Assembly (NCBI GenBank): GCA_051294375.1
Contig: CM119266.1
Location: 19,913,657-19,977,656, forward strand
Length of the DNA: 64,000 nucleotides
Reading direction: 5' to 3'
From: Paraspadella gotoi
Taxonomy: Eukaryota > Animalia > Chaetognatha
Of this stretch, positions 53,101 to 64,000 are shown piece by piece. How positions within the stretch are numbered: the stretch's first letter is position 1; each line of letters opens with the position of its first letter. The position numbers were made by a program, and so were the translations under genes. The notes beneath the pieces are model-generated. The model saw only the letters and a list, made by a program, of their open reading frames with translations, was not told the origin of the DNA and did not search any database.

Positions 53101-56100
53101 TGGCAGCGAACGTCTTTCGCGGGTAGCGAGGGATCAAAAGAGAAATTAAAAGTGAAGATAAGTTATAAACACTCATCTAAAAAATTGTCATATTTGTTTT
53201 GTTTTTTTCTGAAACCGACCCATTTGAACGGAACCATTGATGAGATTTTCCGTTTTGACAAAGGTTGTGTCGAAATGGTGAGAGACGACCTGCAACCCAA
53301 ACTTTGACTTAAAACTCCGCTTAAAATTGATCACGTACATACTCAATCGTGGGAGGGCCTTGTCACTTCCTCTCCTCCCTGCCAGCGTCTCTCGCCACCC
53401 ACCTCGGTCGCCCGATATTTGTACCATCAATATAAAATTTGTTCATTCACTCAATAACTAAGCGATCTTGTCATCGACAGGCTATGGTGGCTTTAGGCCT
53501 TTCACAAGATAATATTGATAACATAGCAAGACCTTTAAAAGACCACTCTCAGTCTAGTTTACTAACTTCAAGAGTACTTGGCTTCCTTACCTTAAAGGAC
53601 CTCATGAGAGCAGAGAGCTTTTCCATGGGCGCAGCAAGCTTTAAGCTGCCCAGTGGCCCAGTTCCCACCTTGACCTCACTGGCAAAAGCATGTAGAAGCA
53701 ACAAGACAACATGACCCTCCCCTCTCTTACACGCTTCCCTGTGTTTTTCCGTGGTCGATTGCCCATTGCTCCCTCCTTATTGAGGCCTCAATATGGGACC
53801 CTTTCCATAATAAGATTTTTCAAAGAGACCATAGACAATTTTAAGGACCTTCTCAAGTCAAAAATTCGCCATTCAAACTACTTTAACCACTGCATCTTAT
53901 CTTCAAGCAAATTTCGATATCTTGGTCCAATTAACGCCGACCGCCAACCCCGAGATGAGTTCACCGTCTCGTTCTCTTTGAAGAGGATCTTCAGCCCGTC
54001 GATTCGCTCGAAGACTTCAATGACGGCGTACTCATCCGGGTACAACCTCTTCGTCAGAGAGTCGAGAGGATCCATATCCACCTTCCATCCCCGGAAACTG
54101 GCCTCGCGCGTCCCGTCCCATGAGACGTGCAGCCAGGTGGTGGGGTCGAAGAACTCCTCGGGACGTCTTCGTCAAAGAGCTCGATGACTTGAATAGGGAT
54201 CAGGGCATTACAATGTATAAATTATTAATCAAATAAACCGAAAAAGAGAAGATACGATAATACAAGATAAGTGAGAAATAGCTAAATACCATGTAGTGAC
54301 GTAATTATTATTATTATTATTATAACGATTACTATAACAGCGCAATGGTCAATTCTTCATCACCGAACCCAATGGTGAAGGGTTCTATCCCTGATCAAAA
54401 CGGTCCTTTCAAATGTGTAGTCGGGCATTGCCGAGGTTCACCCCGCCTATAAGCATGACACCTTCAGTCCTGACCCGGTGGCTCATTGAGTAAAGCCATC
54501 AGCTCATGACCACTAGGTACCGGGTTCAATCCCAACCCGGTACCTACCCTGCGGGAAGCGTGAGGACGGCAGTAAGCCGCCTTGGGGGCGTGGAAACCCC
54601 TCAAGCCTGGTTGCAAGCCCAGGACCCGTTCCATGGCTACTAAAGGGGGTTATAGAAGTTACGGATAGTCATCTTCAGCCCACTTAGCGCCTTATCCACA
54701 AATGTAACAAGCCGACCGCCGTATCCTCTGTTTCAGAAATCCAAGGGACATGAGCCGTCTTGACGACTACCTCTCCTCTGTTTCAGTTAAAGACTATTTT
54801 TATTCTCACCCTGGTTACGGTTCTTCGCTCCTTTTGCCTTCTTTCGCGACGTCTTATTGAGGTTGCGATTCGTCGTCCCTTCTACCTCTTCGACATGGCT
54901 GACGGCAGTGCCCTCCGTCGCGGCGGAGCTGCGTAAGCTGGAATCCTCCCCAGGAAATTCGGAGTTGACGGAGAAGACGTCGTCGCAAACGAGACAAGTG
55001 ACGAGTTCGGCGAGAGGCTTGAACAAGTCTGACTTGTACTCCACCTGCGGGGATAAAGAGAGGGAAAGGGGGAACAGAAGGAGAAATTGAAAGGGGGTAA
55101 AGGATCATAGCGGACGATCCCAGAAAGCAAACGTTTAAACGACTTCTACCACACCATCCACGATCTAAAAGTTCTAACCTCTGCCCAGCACCAGAATCCT
55201 CCGTCCGGTTCCAAGATGACGACGACCCCGTTGTCTAGCGTAACCACCGTCGTTCCGTCCATGTGCGTCCGACGTCTCCTCTCGGGAGGTGGCGCTTCGA
55301 GATCACGATGGCGCCGTTGACGTCTCCGGCGTCGTTGTCGTCCCTCGTCAAAGTAATCTTCGTCGTCTTGAGCCCGCGCCAACTTTGACGTCGCTTTGGG
55401 AGTTTGTTCGATGGTCCAGGCGGGGATGGTTCCTCGCCATTCGAGGAACGCCTCGGGATCCTCTTCGGCTTCGGCGTCGGCGACAAGATAATCCGAAGGC
55501 TCACTAAAAAAATCGAAACGTCGACGATCATTCTCACGCTACTAGGTCTTACCATGTCCTGCTACTTTTTCGAACAATTCCTTAAAATTGGTGGTCATTA
55601 TTGTTTTGTTGTTGCGTTTGAGTTTAGTTCTAAAATTTGTGTTCATAAATTATGGTTAAAATGATTTATTAAACAAGATGTTTGTCTCCTCAGCTCTACA
55701 TGATGAAAAAAAAATTACCACCGTTTGGAAAAATTAATAAATTTCGTTATCAAATATAACCCCGTTATTGATACCCCTGTGCGGTGTGGGCGTTTGTACC
55801 TGGATAGCAAATCATCGGAAGATCTCGACATCTCCGATCCGACATCGCCGCCACCTTCCTCCGCAGCCGCCGCTCTCAATGCTTCTTCCTCCAATTTCAT
55901 CCTCCATCTCAAATCCCTTTGCGCCGCCTCGAGCTTCTCGCTCTGCTCGATGCGCGCGCGGGGATTCAACACCGCCGTTGTCGACGCCGTCGCCGCCACA
56001 GAGAGTCCGTCCAAGTAAGAGAACCACACTGCGTTGGCGAGAGTGGGGTTCGCAGCTGGCGGAATCGAAATGATCAAAAAATGGGCAATATGAAGGTTAT

Positions 56101-59090
56101 TGCGAAAAGCTTTATACATAATCCAAAAGTTTATTAGCAGTTTGAGATAAGGTCAGATATCAACGAAGGAAGTAGGCAAGTAGGAAGTAGACAACTAAAA
56201 ATGGTAAAACAATTTTTGTGTCAAACTGGGCAATTGGCAGTTTAAGATAAGGTAAGAAATCAACGAAGGAAGTAGGCAAGTAGAAAGTAGACAACTAAAA
56301 ATGGTAAAGAAATTTTTGTGTCAAACTGGGCAGTTGGCAGTGTGACAGGCTAAATGGAAGAAAGGGGAAATGCTCAGAGCTCTTTAACCTTCTTGTACTT
56401 TTTCCAGCTCCAACGCAACCGAGTAATTCTCTCATCCACATTCTATTGATTCACTCATTCTCTTCTAAGACAAAAAAGAAACCTATTCCCTTTATTTTTA
56501 TCGGATAAAAAACCCCCAATCGATGTTTAAAGTGCTTTGTGGTTATTTTTACCTTCTTCCCTCAAATCAATGACGTTTTTAGAGGCAACAACGAAATCGT
56601 CTCCAAAGGTCGCCGTCACCGAAGTTCGCGTCAGAGTTTCCTCCACCGCTCGACCATGTACGCAGACGACGACGTCTGAAGTGGATGTCAATTCGTCATT
56701 CGACATATTTCGTAATCAATATTGCAATTTCATTTTGAAATGTTACGAGTCCAAATCTGTCACATTGTTGGAAGAAGGAACTCCTCAGTTTTATTATTAC
56801 TTTTGTAGAATTGGTTGAGGAGCCATGAGCTTGAAATTACTTCCAACCACGGAGAGACATATATTTTTATTTACCGGATTTATTATCCACTAGTGAAGCG
56901 ACTACAACTGTTTCGTCTCCTTGAAATTGGCTTCGTTCGATTTTGAGCTGAGGTCCTCCAAAGGGGAAGGCGGTACTCAAGGAAGTGCTCAATTTCATGG
57001 ACCGACCGCCAAGATCGTAAGCAGCTTCTGCTCGCGCACTAGCTTTTGATGCAGCACTAAAAGAAGGAATGAGAGAAGGAATAAACCTTAAGTTTCTGAT
57101 GACTAAAGGTAACTAAACGTAAGACATGAACTGACGACATTCTGACTGTGGAGTTGGTAGTTTGTTTTCTGACGGTAGCGCTCAATTCATTGGACATTCC
57201 TAAATAAAAAAATGGCCATAATTACTGTAGTGGTACAGGTTGAGTGACATCGTCTGACTCACGGATCTCCTCGGGTTCCTCTTCCACCCATGACTTTTCA
57301 TTGGCAATGGTGATACCTTCGAGTGCGTCGCTAAGCCACTTGGCTGTCATTGTTGGAAGCAGCTCATTCCTAAAAGTCTTAAAAACAAGAACCGGCAAGT
57401 TTAAGGCGCTGCGACGAAGTAACTTTTTTTTATAGTAATCACATTACTACAGTATGAAACGTGTACAACAAGCATCTTATGGTTTATCACTTTTTGACTT
57501 TTTGATTACGTAACCGAAATAATAAGGACCACAAATATTACATTAGTATGAAACATGCTCAAAAAGCATTTCCTGCTGAGTATAAACTAAAATGACTCAA
57601 TATTTTATGAATTTACTGCATTGAATTTCTAGTTAAATGATAATTTTTTTCAAGTGACCACTCGACTTCACAACTATGATACACAAAATCAAAAGTAAAC
57701 TTCCGATGTAGTATTTTCAAGAAAGTGTTTCAATCCCTATCACAGTTTTTTCCATAATTCAATTAAGGAAACAAAAAAACGAATCTCGCCTTAAAATCCA
57801 TTGTTGTTTTGGCAAGGGCGACGACTGTATCTTCAGAGACAAGAGAAGCCTTAAAGGGTGGCACCATGACCAGAAAACAAGTCCCAGGATCGGCTCCCTT
57901 GCAGAATGTCGTCAATGGCAATGAATGACTCATACGAAGCACCTCTTGTATAAATGAGCAAGCGCTATGAAATTGCCAGCCCTGAGTATGGAAACAAAAC
58001 TTCTTTTTTTTTCTCCATTTATTCAACTTTAACAACTAATAATAAACATTAAAAATTCCATCGTCGAACGACCTGAATACCATCTTCACGCAACAGTCTA
58101 TCAGCCGCTTTAACGTTATCGACGATGTCTTCTGTTAACTTTTTTACCACCTGTTGACCAAAGGTATAATTTGAAAGTTATAAAACCAGGAACTCGCAAG
58201 GTGGTTAATTTGTTCATTGACCGACCATGGTGCCCTCTCGATCGTGTTGTTCAAAGAATTTGGGTCGGCATCCTAAGGATTCGTTTTCGAAGAATGACCA
58301 ATCGAACGTTTTGAAGGCAAGCTGCTTGATCACCCGATCCATTACTTCCGGAATGATATTGAGTCGCTTAAGTAACAAAACGGATTTATAAAAAAAAATT
58401 TTCACAACTCAATCACTCATATTAAAGCAAACCTGAGCTAAATCTATGATATTGCCTTTATATACCATGCATCGTCCGTGTTGATCCAGAATTTTCTCAT
58501 TCCTTGAAAGAAAACGATTTAATTTTTTGACTATGTTTTATATTGCTATGTTATATTGTTTCTCCAATAAACGTTTCACAGAAGAAAAACATTTTTTTCG
58601 CACAAATCGTCATTGGCTTCGGATCCTCTTCCTCCGTTATCGAAAGCCGTGACAACCGTAGGGTGAAGCCGCATGATCCTGACCGCCTCGTCGATGGGTC
58701 GAAAAGTCTCTAGATGTTCCTTCCCCGTCAGACGATGCCGGAGGACGTCGTTTCTGGGAAGCGTCGATGGTGTTGCCAACTGGCGCGTCGAATGACGAGC
58801 CAATTGACGCTTTAATCGCGCGGCGTCTCGATCCAAAATTCGCGCCGAATCGATGGCGCGTTCCAAGGCGCGGCTCACTCCGACGGCGCGCTTCCGAAAG
58901 ATCAGCGAATCTAGTGGGAGTTTTCATAAATGAATTAACTGTTTAATGCATTTTGAAATTTCATTAATAACGAGTCTGTTATCAATATTTTTTATCAACC
59001 CAATCGCAGATGTTGTTTAGGACTTACTGTGATTAAAAATGAAAAAATTGTGGCAGTTGTTACTCACCATGAAGGTAAAGCCTCATTAAT

Positions 59091-59147
<57 letters not shown>

Positions 59148-62100
59148 TTGAATTTTTGTTCTTTCTTAATTCACAATCGCACTGAATTTACTGTAAGAAC
59201 TCTTTTCGTTGTGTCAAATATGTAATATAAACAAATATACAATTATACAAATATAATGATATGTAAATTGAGAACCTCACCCATCGGGGTCGGTTTATCC
59301 TCGTTAACCACTTGATCCACCAAACAGTGAATAAGCAACGCTAAGTGCACCCCAGCCTCGTCGGGAAGAGAGTCCAGCAGCTCGTCGTAAAGCTTCAGCG
59401 TAGGAGGGGACAACGTGGAAGGCCGCGAGGTCCGTTGAGTCGAAGGCGACGGCGTGGAGGGTCTGGACGGCGACGGCTTTGTCGCCGCCGAGGGCGAGAG
59501 CATTGAGGCCGGCTGCCTCGAGTCTGTCCCCGAGCCCACGAGCATAGGCTGCGTGGAAGAAAAAGCATACGAATTCGTAATCAAAGTTGGCGCTACCGCC
59601 TCGCTTTCCCAAAACGCTCTATTTCACTTTAAATTCATAATTAAGTTTATTTTTTGGTTAGGTTAAAATTTAATATTAAAAAATATATTAAGGATTAGTT
59701 TAAAGATTATGGTTAGGGATGAGGTAAATAATTAGGGTTAGCGTTTGAGGTTTGGGATTAAAATAAATAATTAAATGATGGGATAAAAAAAAGACAGAAA
59801 TGGGGCAATCTCGGAAATGAGAGCCCGATTTTTGTATATTTAGACCTTTTCAGACCCGGATGTAGATGGAGCGCCTGTGAGAAACTCGGCTCCGGTCGTC
59901 CTCGACGTGACGGTGACCAAAGACTGGAGCAGCATCCTCCTCGACGGTCGCTTTGGAAAGTATGGTAAGGCCAAGGGAATTTTGGCAAATCGCGTGTTCG
60001 TCATGAAGTAATGATGGAGATCTCTCTGGTGAGCAGTTGCGATCAGGAGAGGCGCCAGCTGAACGAGGAAGGTTTGAAAGATAATAACCGATTACCAAGC
60101 GAAACTGTGAGATGGGATGAGAAGTATATGGGTGAATGAGTCTTGATTGAAAGCTTGCAGGGTCATTCTATGTTACTAGGGATGGAGATCTTAACCTATC
60201 ATATCGCCTGTCCATAGTCAGGGGCAAGATAGATATTTATTAAATGAACGGATATTGGACAATATTTATATTGGTTGTACCAATTTCATAAGGGTAAATC
60301 ATGACACAACAAAAATAATGAAAAGCAAGTCAAAGTAAAACTGTTGAACAAATTGAGCGGGTGAAAGTCGCCGTCGTCATAAATCGTGTTACTTCGAGAC
60401 AAAACAATTTTAAAGTTAATCGCTGATTTTTTCACTTAAACGGGGAAAAAATATGTCTCTCTCTGACAAAAATATAAAATTATGTCTCCAAAACCGGACC
60501 ATGCAGGTGATAACTATCTTCACCTGAGTCACCAAATCTGTCTGCACCGCGTTGATTTGCGCGAATCTGTCGGCCTGAGGCACCGTCGTGTTTGTCGGTC
60601 GGAGAACTAAAGATCTCGATTTCGGCGTCAACTCCACCGACATCTCATCGCTGGCCGGACCCTCCACTAGACCGAGATGTTCACAGTTGCGGTCCTATTA
60701 CATAATCAAAGATTTCGGCGCTCCCCCACCCATAAAAAAACTGACCTTTGGGACCCGGCTTCCCCCGACGTGCTGAGGAAAATGGAAAAATTAATATTTA
60801 ACTCTCTTTTAATGTATACACGTACGTCTCTTTATTGCTTCGTCAGTCCGTCTGTAAAAGCCTCATTACAATTTACATTGACAGGACTTTGTAATTGTAA
60901 TTATTCTCATACAATAGTGTAAATTTTTCATTAAAAAAAAAGGCTCGATTGCCTGGAGCCACTGGCGGCGGCTGGATGTCAACCCGCGGTCCGAATTTGG
61001 CAAAGATTTCTTCGTGAGATCTTTGAGTCTCCGAAGGATCGATGAAGACGGTCACGTCAACCGTCACGTGTAGGTCTTCTATAAGTATCTATGATTGTGG
61101 GATCATGAAAATCTTTCGTCTATTACATTTTCTTCATCTTCATTCTTTTTCCCCCCATTACATTCGCAAACAAACTGAAATCCCGAAATTTAACTCGAGC
61201 ATTCTTCTTTACCCTCACTGCTTCTCTGTCCACGAGATAATGCTGCACGATCCAGAATTTGACCGCCTTGTCGAGGGGGAGTTCAGCTTCTCTCGCCATC
61301 TCGTGAATGGAAAAGGGCGCCGCGGCGAAAGGTGGGGCCGCGGGAGCTTTTTTTTTTCCTCCCTTTTTGGGAGAGGCTTTGCTGACGTTGAAACCGAAGA
61401 TGCTGTCGATGTCTTCCGAGTCGGAATCGTAGTCGTCATTCATTCTACTCGAGCTCTGCAATAATCACGTGGGAAATTATTCACGTTGGAAAGCCAAATT
61501 AACCCATTTGTTATTATATAAATAGATATTGGTCAATATTAATCAATGATTAAATATTGGGGCCTCAAATGCCTCAAAATGCCCTACCGGGTCTAAGTTG
61601 AACATTTCCACCCATAACAAAGTTTTTTTTTACAAAAATACACACCGCCTCAAGTCCATTATGGTTCAGCCAGTCTTATTGACTCAGAGGGGGACCGCAC
61701 CATCCCACAGTCTTAACGACTTCCCTCTGCGTTGGCATAGCGAGACCGTCCTAGGATAACTACGCCAGTGACAGGAGGCGTCACTGAGGGTCGGAAGCCC
61801 CCAAAGGCAACATTGAGCTGCTCCATCCCAATGGGCATCACAGGCAACCCGGCTGTTGTCATAGTACAATCAATTTTATTTCTTCTATTTAAAATTTACC
61901 TTTTACTCCCAACTATTAATTAAATCGAGTTAAAAGGTTTTAATCTCTGACCCTTAATTTACTTCGGAAAATCGTCCTCTGACTCCAAAGCCAAATTGAG
62001 TAGATGACTTTGACGCTATTGAGTTTTTGGATAAATATGAGTTGACATTCCTAGTAGAAAAATTAATGGAGATAAATGCGAGATAAATAATGGAAAACTA

Positions 62101-63757
62101 TTTCACAATAGGTTCAAATTAATCGCTATCGACTTTAGATAAATCCCAATTCAACCGTACACCTATGCATGTTGGCTGCAGTCGACAGCGCCGGCGAATC
62201 CATCTCCTCCAACACGTCTTCAGGGAGTGACGAAATGATCGCCAATTTCACGATTCGCGCCACCCAAATCGGCGCCATTCCTTCTTTGCTCTTAGATGAA
62301 AAATTGGCGCGTATCAGCAGGGGCCTAGAAAGAAACAGAATGTCTGGTAGCGTTTTTTCCTTCTTTCGTTTTCTTTCTATCTTAAATTAAGTTACAGAGA
62401 AACAAGTTTGAGCAAACAATTAACTTGCCTTCGTCTTTTTCTTTTTCAACATTACGTTAATGCCCTAAAACATACATCTTTTAAAAATTCAAATGCTGTC
62501 CATTTGGTTATTGTCGTTATGTTATCCCAATGGCATTGTCAGGTTGTTCTTTTTTTCTTTTTTTCTTTTTCATTCTTCTTTTTTCCACTTAATGATTGGC
62601 TTGTTTTATAATATATTTGTTCGTTTTGTTTTGTTTTTTATTAATTAGCTTTTCTGTATGCGTTCATTTTTTGTTCATTCATTCGGTTTCGGTCATTATA
62701 TTTATAGTAGTTTTGTTAAAAGTTGTTGTAGTAATTGTTTTGGTTATGTTGATTATGCAAAATATAGTTATTGTAGTTTTTTGGTATTTGTAGTATTTGT
62801 GGTGATTGTTATAATTACATTAATTACTAATTATTGTTGTTGTAACATGCCTTTACATATCATATTCATAGTGTATTTATTTGGTCCAGACCTTTCCACA
62901 GCAAAATGAAAATTTTTGAAGGTCTTCAGCTTTAAAAAAGCTGCGGAAACGTCGAGTTCCTTGACGGCTTTATTGGCGTCGTTCAGAACAACATTCGCAA
63001 GGATACGCGGGAGGCTCGACGTAGGAGTGTCTTTTGTTCCGATAATCACCGTTAGATGGACGCAGTGGATAGGAATCGAATCGAAACAATGGATTAACTC
63101 TTTCTCCGCCCGCCCGATACTGCAGTCACTGTAAATTAAATGTTAGTATTAATTATAATTGATTTCTGTATTTATTTTATTATAATAATTTATTCTTTTG
63201 TGATGATGTTCAATAGTTTTTTGTTGGGTTGTATACGCTAATATTTTTAGAGTTATATTATGATTTATAGTCTCGAAAAGTAATTTATAAAATTTAAGCA
63301 GTCATATTACGAATCGGGGGAGGGGGGGGAAGAAGACGCGGAGAGTATAATATAATATAATATCTATAAATAAAATATTCAAATAATAAAAAATAGATAT
63401 TCAAACAATAAATCTATAATTATTATAATTAATAATAAAATATTCAATTAAATGAGCAATTCCACTGAATATGCACGGAATCGTCCATAGAAGAATCGAC
63501 GGAAGAACAATTAATGACTCCATTCGAACATTATTAATATATGTGTTTTATTCGTTTACAACAATTAGTTGAAACAGTACATTCAAAAGGGCATAGAGCA
63601 TTACAGATAAATTGTACAGTTTACGATTCAACAAAATATAATTAATATAATTATTATCGTTATTATCGTTAATCAATAAGGAAAACCTTGCAACTGGATC
63701 TGGAATGTTGGCTTTCGCTTCGGCTTTCCCCTTTTTCTTATCTTTTTTGGGTGGCAT
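45014..63757 (-). CDS. SPAG17: Sperm-associated antigen 17 / PF6-like axonemal central-pair protein, highly divergent, many exons (assembly frameshifts in the 3' half)
   Basis: Phase-consistent 5' exons 63687-63757 (MPPKKDKKKGK), 62892-63128, 62163-62324, 61963-62050, 61213-61455, ~60953-61088. Collinear matches to SPAG17 blocks recalled from memory: YDELLDSLPDEAGVHLALLIHCLVDQVV ~ YNxLLxxIxEExxSVPLILHCMLEQVV; GMAPIWVARIVKLAI ~ GEKLTLPLIGKLLKFQL; FRPIDEAVRIMRLHP ~ FDPVQIEQEMQSKLP; MDRVIKQLAFKTF ~ VERAFKVFTFESL; AKTTMDFKTF ~ LHSNVGFRNY; GHAPKLYFV ~ EHVPRFFVM; C-terminal PapD-like segment FEVYPHHV..VELCN..SPGMRTSMAI. Terminal exon ends ..REWKACTD*. Confidence 0.8.
50995..51595 (+). mobile_element. 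~600-bp non-autonomous element with target-site duplication
   Basis: Flanked by direct repeat ACTACAAGT (50986-50994, 51596-51604). The empty site with a single ACTACAAGT is present in the inverted copies (~29818, ~33598). Internal (ATC)n tract. Confidence 0.85.
51960..52755 (+). repeat. Re-assembled overlap of ~51026-51825 across a 25-N gap
   Basis: Near-identical sequence on both sides of gap 51935-51959. Confidence 0.9.
53465..53860 (+). mobile_element. Degraded RTE-like LINE endonuclease fragment, antisense within SPAG17 (copies at ~28415-28790 and ~32190-32570 on -)
   Basis: Frameshifted peptides RQAMVALGLSQDNID.IA ~ RTE RRTALVARELARYNIDIAALSET, and FSVV..APSL ~ TIISAYAPT. A related short piece lies at 4995-5090. 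Confidence 0.45.
54417..54698 (+). mobile_element. tRNA-headed SINE-like insertion
   Basis: Absent from the copies at ~27860 and ~31640; flanked by CAAATGT (54410-54416, 54699-54705). Contains A-box-like TGGCTCATTGAG (~54479) and B-box-like GGTTCAATCCC (~54523), followed by GC-rich hairpins. Confidence 0.6.
56137..56340. repeat. Two-copy 100-bp tandem duplication
   Basis: GCAGTTTRAGATAAGGT...TCAAACTGGGCARTTG starts at 56137 and again at 56237, differing by a few substitutions. Confidence 0.9.
59590..59826 (-). repeat. Second copy of the CCTAAC-core dispersed repeat, in a SPAG17 intron
   Basis: See 4240-4500; GGTTAGG/TTAGGGTTAG units at 59655-59757. Confidence 0.45.
60131..60289 (+). repeat. 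Copy of the 1862-2014 interspersed repeat, in a SPAG17 intron
   Basis: Same ordered conserved blocks. Confidence 0.65.
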
Positions 63758-64000
63758 CTTAACGTCGTATTAATCGTGAAGCCGTTACAATATTTAATGC
63801 TGTTTAGCTGTTTAGCTGTTTAACATTTTCAGGTCGATGACGATGATTTTGCTTTCGTGATTCTTTTTATTTTCTTCAAACGTGAGCAACGTTATCATCT
63901 TATTCTAAAGCTCCGGCTTTTCCTTAACATGAATTCGTGACGTTGAATATAGATTCTTTATTATTTTATCTCTAAATTAATTTATTTAAGAACCTTAACC

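Noticed and set aside
54470-54546. Functional tRNA gene
   Set aside because: A and B boxes are present but there is no full cloverleaf, and it lies inside a polymorphic insertion.
26799-55775. Programmed or recombinase-driven invertible switch
   Set aside because: Only 5-bp microhomology, no recombinase gene, reused contig end and gap-bounded junctions.

Overview
AT-rich eukaryotic scaffold, probably an invertebrate animal, dense in microsatellites, with short spliceosomal introns and six N-gaps. Two multi-exon genes can be reconstructed on the minus strand: (1) a secreted/cell-surface leucine-rich-repeat protein (exons 6027 down to 1357, no stop found) and (2) a very divergent SPAG17/PF6 ciliary central-pair gene (63757 down to 45014). 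About 15 kb (11690-26800) recurs at 34368-50190, and a ~3.6 kb internal SPAG17 block recurs twice in inverted orientation (26799-30420, 30580-33945). 25-N gaps, indel-riddled stretches and allele-specific insertions suggest two haplotypes plus long-read gap-filling artefacts rather than true paralogs. The two copies expose polymorphic insertions: a 537-bp foldback, a ~600-bp MITE, a tRNA-headed SINE-like element and a possible intron presence/absence. The most notable non-coding signal is a Penelope-type minimal hammerhead ribozyme at the centre of a TA-flanked MITE. I found no CRISPR array, prokaryotic operon or autonomous transposon, and no clearly new biological system. All homology calls are from reading and recall, not database searches.
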